Source of the DNA: Rhynchopus sp. YZ270_cl-10
Lineage: Eukaryota
Reading direction: 5' to 3'
DNA length: 64,000 nucleotides
Assembly: GCA_964035575.1 (NCBI GenBank)
Contig: OZ037847.1
Coordinates: 1,364,001 to 1,428,000 of the forward strand
Position numbers and translations under genes: made by a program. How positions within the stretch are numbered: position 1 is the first letter of the stretch; the number at the start of each line of letters is the position of its first letter. The notes beneath the pieces were generated by a model. It was not told the origin of the DNA and ran no database searches. It was given only the letters and a program-made list of their open reading frames with translations. Positions 36,098 through 47,550 of the stretch are shown piece after piece.

Positions 36098-38578
36098 ATG
36101 GGAAACAAAGCACCACCGTCCCGCCGATTTGATGACGAAGTACTCGCTGAGACAGCCCCGCAAGATGTTCTGTGTGAGGTGGGCGGGCGGCGTATCCACT
36201 ACGTTGGGGGCGACAGCGGCACCCTTCGTCTAGATGCCCTGCGCAATGCCGTGAAACAACAACGGGCCCGGGTCGCTGCGCTGCGGGGCGACAGCAAACT
36301 CAACGACAAATCCAGCAAGACCACATCACAACACAGCTCTAGACACTCCACGACTCCACCGCCCGATCCACCACCTCCTCCTCCTCCCCCTCCAGGAAAT
36401 GCCTGCTTCCTGGCCCTCCCCGATTTGACCTCAGGCGAGACCATAACGGTAGCAGAGCACAGCACCGACACCACAGCGCTGTACGTCGCCTCCACCGCAC
36501 CATGCACCGTCTCCGCTGCTGGAGCATTGCAACGAAGAGGATCTATGGGGCCAAGCACAGCGGTGTTGTCACAACATGCTGCGGGGGGGTTAACTGCAGA
36601 TAGGCTAGCGCAGGTGGAGGCGGGGGTGTATGAAAGGGCGGGGGTACGACCATTACGATTTCATGCCGATCCGTTGGTACTACCGGAGTTGGATTTGGAT
36701 GCCTTATGTGATGGGTATCTGGTGGATGTGACGGATGATGAGGATGAGGAGGACTCTGATGAAGGAGGTGGTGGGCCACCCACCTCTGCAGCTGCCGCGT
36801 TGTTTCCGTATAGGGTGTCCGCATTGCGCGCTGCGGCAGTGGGGGTGGTGGGGGTGGTGGTCACAGCGCAGATGACACAACTCACCGAAATGATGCGAAT
36901 TCGCGCAGAAAATCGGATTCCTCTTTTGGCACAACAATTTTCTACTGCAGTGTTGAGTGTGGTTGCGGTGTGCATAGCAGACATAGGCCAGCCGCAGCCA
37001 CAGCAACCCACCTCTCTCGCTACCCTAGGTAACAGCATGATCACCCCACCCCCTTCGCACCGTGGAAGCATGCCAGCCTCCTTCACCTCCGCTGCGCCAA
37101 TCGAACCGCTAGGTTTGGCCGCAGCAACGCCTCATGATATGCACAAAGCATTGCTGAGTAACGACAAAGAAGCGCTACGTCTTGCGTGCCTCTCGACAGA
37201 GAGGGATGAAGAGCATGAACGCGAGGTGATCCATCTTGAGGAAACCACGGAACGTGACGATGTGGCTTTGGGTGCCGCTGAAGCCTATGGTGTGGCGGTG
37301 GAAGCATCGCAGTTGCGTTATGCTGCTCAGTTGTCTTCCTTTGATGCAGAGGTTGAAGCACGGCTTGGCATTGCAAATGAACCTGAAGCAAAGCCAGAGG
37401 AGAATCCAGAGGACCCACCCATCTCCCGCGAAGCCGCATTAAAACAAAAGAAAGCCCTAGTGCAAAAGCTCAACATATGGAAAGCCGCCTACAGCGAACA
37501 ACACGGCAAGCAGCCCACAAAGAAACACATTGCCCGCGACGCCACCATCAGCGACGTCTACCACGCGTACATGGCGCTTGAGGCTGCGCATCCGTCAAAG
37601 AAAAAAAAGAAAGGGGAGGAAACGGTACAAGAAGAAGCACCCATTGGTGTTGTCAACGCGAGTCAAGGGTATATTTTTGTCAAATTTTTTTTTGTCTAAT
37701 TTTCAAAAAAACCTCATCACCACAGATGGGCAGGCGCAGTACCCAAACCCCGCTACAACGACGATGCAGATTCTGTACCGTCCCCTGCGGGGGGCACACA
37801 TCGGCAGAACGAGACGGGAACGCCTTCTTTTGGTACAAAACCGGACGACACCATTTTGCGAGATATGTCCGAAGACGTCGTGGAAGGCGACGCACAGTCC
37901 CAACCCGCGCCGAACACACCACGCGACGGCTCCGAAGAGGGCTCCAACAACGAGACCCCCTCCGTTCCTCTGGTGCACAGCGCAGGGCAGCTCACCACCA
38001 CCCCCGACCCTCAAGACACCCCCTTCAAACCTCCTGTCAAAACCTTTGCCTTCGGCGACGACCCTGCCCCCTTAAGCTCCCCAGACAACGACGCCCCCTT
38101 AGACCCAATCGAGTCGGAGCAACATTTTCCGCAAAATTCTCGAAAAGAAGACCCGGTAGGTAAGGCTGCACGGAAAAAAGTGTTGGTTTCAGAGCTAAAT
38201 GCATGGAAGGCGAAGTTTACAGAGGCAAACGGAGTGGCTCCAACGAAGGCAGATATGAGAGCTGATCCAGAGATATTTCCTGTGTACGAAGAGTATGAGG
38301 GGCTGGGGGGGAAGAAGAAGAAAAAGGACAAAGGAAATGAGGAGGAAGTGCCGGAGAAGAAGAAGAAGAAGAAGAAGGGTGAGGGTGGTGGTGAGGATGC
38401 CGCACGGAAGAAGCAGGTTGTCAAGGAACTGAACGCATGGAAGGCAGAGTACGAAAAACAAAACGGCGTTGCACCAACAAAGAAGAACATGAAAACCAAC
38501 CCTGAAATCAAGCAACTTTATGAGGAGTACACTGCAATCCTCTCAGCGCAGAAGCAAGATAACATAGATCCTGTCTGA
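36098..38578 (+). CDS. Hypothetical protein with three Sld2/RecQL4-N- or FAM13A-like repeats; join(36098..37668,37726..38578)
   Basis: Repeats LNIWKAAYSEQHGKQPTKKHI...VYHAY, LNAWKAKFTEANGVAPTKADM...VYEEY and LNAWKAEYEKQNGVAPTKKNM...LYEEY. A phase-2 GT-AG intron joins the two ORFs. Confidence 0.8.
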
Positions 38579-40135
38579 TGCCTGAAAATAAAAGTAAAAA
38601 CGTGTTAGGCGGTCCGGCAGCTCTCGGAATTTCACCTAAAAGCTCTCCCACACAGATTGAATAAAAAATATTCTCATAGGGGGATCCGTAAATAGACCGG
38701 CAACGACCAGACACGTAATTAGTGTGTATAGCCGGTCTTTAGCCGGTCTTTAGCCGGTCTTTAGGGTCCGTAAAAAGACCGGCTCTTAAGGATTACCGGC
38801 TATAAGGGCCGGTCCTACCCACCCTCGAAAAAGACCGGCAGACCGGGTGTACAATTGTACACACAAAAAATACCAAAGGGGGGACCCTTTGGTCGTCGAA
38901 ATTCCCCAGCCAAAATTGGTCGCAAAATCGGCCGATTTTTCAAAAATCTCAAAAAAAAAAAACCCCAAAATTTTTTTTCACAAGTGTTTTTGAGGCCTGC
39001 TCACTACACCCTGGGCACCCTTCTGGGACCAAAAAGTCAAAAAAAGCAAGAATTGAGCTGTTTTGAGCATCTAGAGTTTATTCCCCGGCCATTTTTCTGC
39101 ACCACCAGTGCATTTTGTATGGGCCAGCGCCTTGTCAAAAAATCGAAAAATCTCAAAAAAAAAATTTTTTTTTTCGGGAAAATTTCGACCCCTGAGTTGG
39201 GTTTTTGGGCACCAAAAAGTGCAAAAAAACGCAAAAATCGGGTGTTTTGACGAGCTGTAAACCATATGCATTATGCTCGATTTTTCCTTAATGTTCTTAT
39301 AGCCGTGATTTTTCAGTTTTTTTTTTCGCAAAAAATCTTTGGTGGCGGGCGTGGTAGGCACCCGAAGTCATAAAATGGCCCAAAGAATCCAAAAAACCTC
39401 AGAAATACATGTTCGTGAAAAAACATTTGCAAGTCAAAATTCAACCACAATACGGTCATTTTGTGCATACCCTGTAGCTGTAGTGGCTAGAGAACACGTA
39501 TGCAGACCTGTTCCTTGCAATTTCCAGTGTTGTGTTTATCAATGCATGCATCCAGAGGACCTCTGGTTTGCGGAATCGTAGGCACTCCTGAGCAAAAATG
39601 AAGTCGGTTTTTGACCCAAAATCGGGGTGTGTGGGCCATAATTTGCTCCAAATTGGCCGAAAATTGGGATTTTTCTGAAAATTTCATTGTGCTCAGCAAA
39701 AATCCTTGCTTTTTTGAAGAATTTTCCAAAAAATATGCTATACTCCCTATGACTGGACCCAACTCCCCTCACCCTTTTTTTTTTCACCCAAAAGGGCCGG
39801 AAATTTTACACACGAATACACAAACTTACGGACCCCCCATATTCAGGGAGTCAAAAATGAATCAAATGCGGGGTCGCACGATAAAAAAAATTCGCATCTG
39901 ATCTCTCTGAGCGTTTTTTGCTTAAGTATACGGTGTTTGATGGAATGGCTGATTTTAATTTTTGCCATTTTTTTTTTCTCCCTAACCATTTGACAAATGA
40001 AGGGGGGATTCGTTCACACGGTTCCCCCCCTTTCTTTCCTCTCTTCGCTCGCTCTCTCTCTCTTTCTCTTTCTCCCGGCCCCCAAAAAAAATGTTGCAGA
40101 AATTTATCTTTTTTTCCAATTATTTCTTCTAATAC

Positions 40136-40251
40136 TGGGTGATCTATGAACGGGGAGAGAATTCTTTACTAGCTCTCAGTAGCGTCTCACAGGCTCTCAC
40201 AAGCTCTCACAGTCCGTTGCGTGTCTCACGGAGACGATCCTAGATCACCCA
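40136..40251. mobile_element. 116-bp TG...CA mini-element, same family as 33968-34053, 5-bp TSD AATAC
   Basis: AATAC-TGGGTGATCTA...TAGATCACCCA-AATAC, with internal GCTCTCA repeats. A third copy with only the left end starts at 46517. Confidence 0.85.
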
Positions 40252-40310
40252 AATACTTTCCACCCAGAGAAAATACACAAAAGAGGATTTTGATGTTCTT
40301 CATATAAGAT

Positions 40311-43300
40311 ATGTCGGGTGATGGTGGTGACCCGCAGCGTGTGCTGCAACATGCGTTAGAGTCGTTGTGGCGGGATATTGCAGAGCACTGCGCTGCAGGG
40401 AACATTCGGAAGTCGGAGGACCTTGTTGCAAAGTTGAAGCAATGTACGTTTCTTGCTGGCGCGAATGCGGTGCGACTGGCTTGGGGGAAGGTCTGCTTTC
40501 GGCGTCCACTTCCTTTTATTTTGCGAGCCCTTATTGATGCTGCGCAGGCTCCTATCGCTGAATTAGATCTTTCCGACAACCAAGTTGGCGACGAGCACGT
40601 CAAACTCCTCACAACCTACATCCTCAACAGCACGCACCTCCGTTTGCTCGACCTCTCAGCAAACCTCTTCAGCCCCTCCGCCGCAGACGTTCTGCGCAGC
40701 GCAGCGCAACGAAAGGACATCCGGTTGGTCGGATGCACCCCACCCTCCCCAAGCTCCTCGCTTCCCCCTCGACCAAAGGCATCACCATCTAGCCGCGCAC
40801 GCACCCCTCCTGTCACCGCAGATGCTGTCGGAGCCTTGCAAGAAAAGGTCGACCAAAAGGTAAAATCATTAGGCCTCCAACACGCAGGACAGCTAGAAGA
40901 AGAGCGAGACCGCCTGATGCGGGAGATGGCTTTACCGAGGGAGGGTGGTGGGGGTGAGGTGCTAGCCTCGGTGCGGCACTCATTACAACAACGTGGCCCG
41001 TCACCTCTTCCGGAGGAGAAGGCAAATGGACATCACCGCTTTCACCAGGAGTCGCCAAGCAGACACCACCATCAGTCCCCATCAAATATGATCTCCCCTA
41101 TGCAATCAAAGACGTCGCAGTCACCACAAACATTTGGTCTATCAAACAGTATGTTATCTGGTGAAGCCTTCTTCGACGCGCCTGGCGCAGAGGTGCGGAA
41201 GCCGTACACCCCCCTGAGGGAGCGGCTGGCATCGCCTGCACAGACCAGCAATATGGGGTCGACTGTGGCAGACTCGATGATGGGGGATGATGAGAGTATG
41301 ATTCTTAAGGTTACCCCGTTTCGGTCGTTGAACGCTCATGCGCTATCGTCGAAGGGGTCACCCATAGCCTTTCCTTCACGTAACAGAGTGCCCGGTAACA
41401 GCGCTCCTGCCTCAAGAGATCTGACCTCAAAGTACACCCAAGACCTGGCGCCTCCGACAGACGAAAGGGATAAGGAGGAGGCATTTGACATAGCGGAGGA
41501 TGTGCCCGATGCGTTTCTGATAAGGGATTATTCGCGTGCAAAGTTGACGAGTATCGACCATAAGGATCTGTCGCGTATCACCGTGCTCATTTTGCGGCAG
41601 AATTCGATCCGAGAGTTGACCAACCTTCCGGTGTGTTTGTGCAGGTTGGATGTATCGTCGAACCTGCTGACCAGCTTGCAGGGGTTGAGTGGGTGTCCAG
41701 AGCTGGAGATGCTTGTTGCGCGTGATAACAACATAGGGCGTATCAGCAACAGTCTTGCTTCGTGCAGGAATCTGCGGCTGCTGATGCTCGGTAAAAACAG
41801 GATTCGTAGGGTCGAAGGTTTGGAACACCTTTCGGAGTTGACGTACCTCGACTTAGGGCACAATGAGTTGGCAACCCCGGCCTCGGTTCGCACGCTTTCC
41901 TTGAACGTCTCGCTGCGTACGTTGGTGCTTGCGGGGAACCCACTTGCGCATCCATCAGGGAGACGACGTATTTGTATATCAAACCTGCCCTCATCGTGCA
42001 CAGAGGCTGGGGTATATGCGCTCCTCCGTCCGTACGGTGCTGTAGAGGGTGTTACCATCTTGAACGGCAGAACCGGGAAGGATGGTCGGCAAGCTGCCTT
42101 TGCAGTGTTCGCGGAGTGTGACGTCGTAGCGAAGGCATGCGCCACTGTGCTCGCACATCAAGAGCCGCAGCCTGGTATGCGCCCCTTCAAAGTCGAGGTG
42201 AAAGGGAAGAAAGGCCGTGTGCTGCTCAGTCGGATTGACGGCAAGGTCGACAAAGGTGCGTTGATGCAGATGCTCAATCTGCATGGCATCGTGGAGTCCC
42301 TAGACCTATCGGAACCAAGCTGGGAACGCAGCTCTCCGCAAGGGTGGGTGCGGTTTGAAGCAGAGAGTTCACCACGATTGGACGCCGCCTTTCAACGGCA
42401 AGGTACATGCAAGGTTGGGGATATGACGATACGTATGGTGAGCATGACTGCTGAGACACACTACGGCCTGGCAGACGTGAGGATGCACCGCGAAGCGACC
42501 GTTCTGTTCACCTCCGGCACAGAGTGCGCGGAGCGTGCAAAAAAGACGCTCTCAGGGCTGACCTGGCAAGGCGACACCGTACCCCTCGTTGTACGCCACA
42601 TGCCTGACTACCAACCCCTCATCCTCAACCTCCTCCCCAACCTCATTGAGCTCGACAAACGCCTTATGAACCACTCTGTGAAGGAGTCGACGCCTTCACT
42701 GCATGGGTCTGCTATGTGGTCTTTGGTCGACTCCACCGGAAACGGCTCCACCGGGGCACTTGACCTTTCCACCACCGCTGCACACCGAGCGTTGAAAAGC
42801 AACAACAGCAGCTTTGAGCGGTCCATTAGCATGAATTCCCCTGGGTACGCTGCTTCTGGACGGGCGAAGCAGGCTGTTAAGAGAATAGGGAAGGCGCAGG
42901 CGGTGAAGCAGAAGCAGGATAAAACGCTTCGGAAGTTTGGGTTACAACCTGCAGAGCAGGGGGCGATTGTAAAGGAGCACGCGAAACGGAGGAGTCGGAG
43001 TGCGCCGTCACAACCACTGCGGGAGGAGGGCACACAGTCGCAATCACAATCGCAGCTGCTCACACAGGAAGACACGATGGCGACAGTGCAGGCGGAGACG
43101 TCTGCCAACACTACTCTCCCTACGCCGATCCGGCCTATGTCACGCAACCTTGTCCCTGCAGCGTACAAGCGAGGTTCACGCAAGCCTAATGCTGGAGGAT
43201 TCGCAAGCATAGCAGGCGACGGTGACGCACCACAGCGCAGCACGTCCGGAGGAGGGGCAGGAGGGCGACGCTCCCGCAGCACCCCCCTCCGCATCTCACC

Positions 43301-44859
43301 CACCCGCCGCCTCTCAGGCAGGTCCACGTCCGCCACCTCCGCACTGTCTGACCCCAACAACGCGAGCGTCGACTCCACCCAAGGTGAACTCAGATCTGCT
43401 CTAAGACGTCTCAGCTCTGCCGTAGTCGACACAGCGCAGGACAGACAGGCGGAGAGGAGGGGGGTAAGCTTTTCTGGCAACACACCAAATGAGTATGTTT
43501 TTTGATACAAATATTACTTCCCCACTCTTTCAGTACGGTGAGACTTGTGCACTTTCAACTCCTCTTTCTCTCCACAGTCTTGCCCTAGAAGGTTCTATCC
43601 TGGGCAGCATGCATTCGGACAGAGAGAGCACACAGGACTTTGTCCCGCACTACAACGCAGAGCCGCTCCCGTATGCACACGGCACCATTCCTTCGCAGAC
43701 GTCATCACAACCTGGACACGTGGAAGACGACATTGCGACATCGCAGCCGTCGTCAGTGTCGCGTACGTTGCCTGTGGGTCAGCGGCAGCGTCCAGGGACG
43801 TTGGGGCGACGACCTCCGTCACCACGTCTGACCGACGCACTCACGAATGTAGAGCATGCAGGTATGTAGGGGGCAATGAAGGTGGAAAACACCCGAACTT
43901 CACCCATTTTCTCATAACCGTGCACAATGAAGTGCTCTCTGGGGTTCGATATCCCTTGGAGAACCACCCTGCGTACGCCGATGAACGAGGCGTTTACACT
44001 CTTTCTTCTTTCCATTTAACTCTCCGTCTGCACCCTACACCACAACGCACAACACATACCACACACCACAGCCATGACCCCCACCGCAACCCCGACACGC
44101 GACCGCTTCTCCCGCGCCACAGACGCACCCTCCCCACTGGTGTCCGAGAAGATCCAGCTCTTCTACGACCAGCTGCAGGCACTGCACACAGAGCTGTCGC
44201 ATGAGAAGGGCGCGTCACCTCACGTATGCGGCTCTTTTACATCGTCGTCTACAATACCACACACCCACAACGAGACACCCGATCAACTCTTCTTAAATTT
44301 ACCACACATACTTCAGAAAAACACCCAAACCAACTCTCCCCCACAGCAAGCACTTCTCCGCCTGCTCACACCAAAGGCCGCAGAACGTGAAGACCGGCGC
44401 CATGAGGTGCAGCTGGACGCACGCCATGCACGCCCGGGGACGGCTTGTCCTAAGGAAGTGCAGGATTGGCTTCAGATGCTGCGTGACGACTTTATCCGTG
44501 CACACTTGGCGTTGAAGGCGTTGGTTGTGTTATGCGCGGCAGCGAAGCAGGATGAGCAGGTGCGCTACAAGGGCATTATTGAAGGCTGTGGGATGCTTGC
44601 AGATACAGAGGTTCCCCCCTTGGTCGTTAAGTTCTACAAGCTCACAGAGGCAGATCTCAACGGTGCGCTTCCAAACCACCCTTCCACCCAGCTTGATGCG
44701 ATTCTGATCATGCTTAAGCAACTCAGCGACACAAAAACATGCATGAAATACATCTTTGCTCTCATCCAGCAAGCCCAACAGGCACCCCTTCTCGAATACG
44801 TCACGCAGGTCAAGGCCTCCCCTCTTGTAACCAAAGACCCAGCGTCGTTTGTTTTATGA
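40311..44859 (+). CDS. Leucine-rich-repeat protein with inserted RRM domains; join(40311..43492,43578..43861,44072..44223,44347..44859)
   Basis: RI-like LRRs (ELDLSDNQVG, LLDLSANLF), SDS22-like LRRs (LDVSSNLLTSLQGL, LMLGKNRIRRVEGL) and RRM-like segments (ICISNLP...AFAVF). Three GT-AG introns are phase-compatible. Confidence 0.8.
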
Positions 44860-45495
44860 GAAAAGTTTTTTTTTTTTTGGCAAAAACAACTGTTTTTTTA
44901 TAGAGGTGCGCTTTTGTGTTAGCATTCGAACCAAACAGGAGGATGTAAAACAATAGTGCCTAGAGATGTGTATCCACGAGGTGCAGTCACTCTTACAGAA
45001 ATTTTTATCAAACAACCCATCCCCAAATAACCCCGTCCCCCTCTTTTAGAATTTTCATTAATGTGGCTTGGTGGGCTCTTCGGCATTTTTAGAATGTCAA
45101 TGAAGTGCTCTCTGGGGTTTGATAACCACGAAGGAGAAAACAGTGCGTCCGTTCGGTGTACGGTGAGAATACAAATATCTTCTGAAAGCGTTGAACCTTT
45201 GGGAAGGGGAGAAAAAAAAAACTGTGTAACAACACCACACCAGGCCAAGGGCGTTTCAGCACTTCTCAAAAAAAAAATTTTTTTTTGATAACTGCAAGCC
45301 AGCGACTAGCCTCGCAATCCCTCGGCCGGGTGGCAACGTCATTTAAAAAAAAACAATAATTCCCGCCGAACACAGTTTTCGTATACTTTAAACCCCCTCC
45401 AGTAAAATAAGTGGATAAGAAAAGGCGCGTTTTTTTTTTCTATCCGAGTTACAGACTGGGCGCAGTTTTCTTTTTTTTTTTTCAGTGCCTGCATC

Positions 45496-46140
45496 CAGGG
45501 TATTATATAGGTTTTTCAAATTTTCAAAAAAACTGGTCACCGGATTTCAGGATTTTTTTTCACCACAAAGACTTAGACAGGGGATTATATAGGTTTCGGG
45601 GGTTTTCGTTGAAACTCGGTCGAGCCCGGGTCCCCAACCCAGCTCAAGTTGGGGGCCTCCGGCGAAATGTGAGAATTCCTCGGTTATCCACTCCATGGCC
45701 AGGCACACGAACTGTCAGTAACCTCAGTACATTTACAACAAAGAAAGGGCGGCCATGGCACCCAAAGCGAAGCCACGGTACGCAACATTTAAAAAAAATG
45801 CGCTTAAAATTGCACATTTTTACTGCCAAACCATGTCATGGGAAGGGTGGGTTGCAAGCTTGCGCCGCAGGCGCACGGTACGCTACTTTTACTATTTCGC
45901 CATGTTGCATGCTTCCTTTTCCTTCGGCGTTTGACCAATTCGGAGGCTCGGGCATAATTTTTTCCCTCTTTTTTTTTTTTTCAGTCTCCTTTTCGTGCGG
46001 CAGGATTTTGGGTGGGTGGAAGAAGTGGTCCTGAAACCCCAAAAAACCCCAGCCCACTTCGTTTTTTTTTTTTTTTTTCCCCCAAAAATTTCAAAAACTG
46101 GTCAGCCTGACCAGTTTTACTATACGTATATAATACCCTG
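45496..46140. mobile_element. 645-bp MITE with 14-bp TIRs and 7-bp TSD
   Basis: CTGCATC-CAGGGTATTATATA...TATATAATACCCTG-CTGCATC; subterminal AAAACTGGTCA on both arms. Confidence 0.8.
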
Positions 46141-46800
46141 CTGCATCCCAGAGGCGTTTGCACTATCAACTTCACTTTTTTTCAGCTGTGTCTTTTATCC
46201 CCCATCTTTTGAGTTTTTTAGATATGTGCACGAGAGGCACATTCATCTTACAATGTTTTCTTTTTAATAGTCGATGTGCCCCCATACTTCCCCCCCACTT
46301 TATGTGTGATTAGAAGACTCTTACTAAAAAAAACGGCATATTTTTGACTCCCATTTACCCCCTGGAGAGAAACTCCACTATCTACATAGTATTAAACACA
46401 GCAGAAGAATTCCTCAAATGCAATTTTTGAGTCAAAAATTCGGGGGTTTTTTTAATCACGAAAAAAATGAATTATTGTTTTTGCGTGATATAGTTTACCC
46501 CACCTGGCGATATCGCTGGGTGATCTATGAACGGGGAGAGATTTTTTCACTAGCTCTCAGTAAGCTTCCACAGGCTCTCACAGCTCTCACTAACCCTCAC
46601 TAAGCTCTCACTAACCCTGAGGGGTTTTTTGTACTTTAGTGGTGTGGCATGTATTCGGTGGTGGTCAAACGTGAAATATTCCTTCTCCAATGGATTTATT
46701 GGGTGCATGTTATACTGGGACAATGTGGTCAGATCACTCTTCAGACCACTTGGAAAGTGCACGGCATATAAAAGTTTCCGCCTGCGGCGGGTGGCCCTTT

Positions 46801-47395
46801 TACTGTACTGTACTGTACTGTACTGTACTGTACTGTACTGTACTGTACTGTACTGTACTGTACTGTACTGTACTGTACTGTACTGTACTGTACTGTACTG
46901 TACTGTACTGTACTGTACTGTACTGTACTGTACTGTACTGTACTGTACTGTACTGTACTGTACTGTACTGTACTGTACTGTACTGTACTGTACTGTACTG
47001 TACTGTACTGTACTGTACTGTACTGTACTGTACTGTACTGTACTGTACTGTACTGTACTGTACTGTACTGTACTGTACTGTACTGTACTGTACTGTACTG
47101 TACTGTACTGTACTGTACTGTACTGTACTGTACTGTACTGTACTGTACTGTACTGTACTGTACTGTACTGTACTGTACTGTACTGTACTGTACTGTACTG
47201 TACTGTACTGTACTGTACTGTACTGTACTGTACTGTGTACTGTGTACTGTGTACTGTGTACTGTGTACTGTGTACTGTGTACTGTGTACTGTGTACTGTG
47301 TACTGTGTACTGTGTACTGTGTACTGTGTACTGTGTACTGTGTACTGTGTACTGTGTACTGTGTACTGTGTACTGTGTACTGTGTACTGTGTACT
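46801..47395. repeat. Compound microsatellite: (TACTG)n, about 87 copies, followed by (TGTACTG)n, about 23 copies
   Basis: Read directly; the unit switches at about 47235. Confidence 0.98.
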
Positions 47396-47550
47396 TTTTT
47401 TTTTCAATAACTGAGGATTGCCCTCAGTTCTGACCCCCTATATAAAAGTCTGACGAAGTGCGCAACAAGTACGCACAATGGGGTTATCAGGAGCACCAAT
47501 ATAGCGTTATCAAATGAAGAGACCCCACGATACCAGGACAACACAACAAG

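Noticed and set aside
43534..43537. 4-nt micro-exon (AG-TACG-GT) inside intron 43493-43577
   Set aside because: Including it shifts into a less protein-like frame, whereas the direct splice is already in phase. It cannot be excluded without RNA data.
46590..46620. Telomere-like CTAACCCT words
   Set aside because: Only two isolated copies, embedded in the GCTCTCAC repeats of the mini-element.
46550..47433. Long ORFs (247-285 aa) on both strands
   Set aside because: Stop-free translations of the (TACTG)n/(TGTACTG)n satellite.
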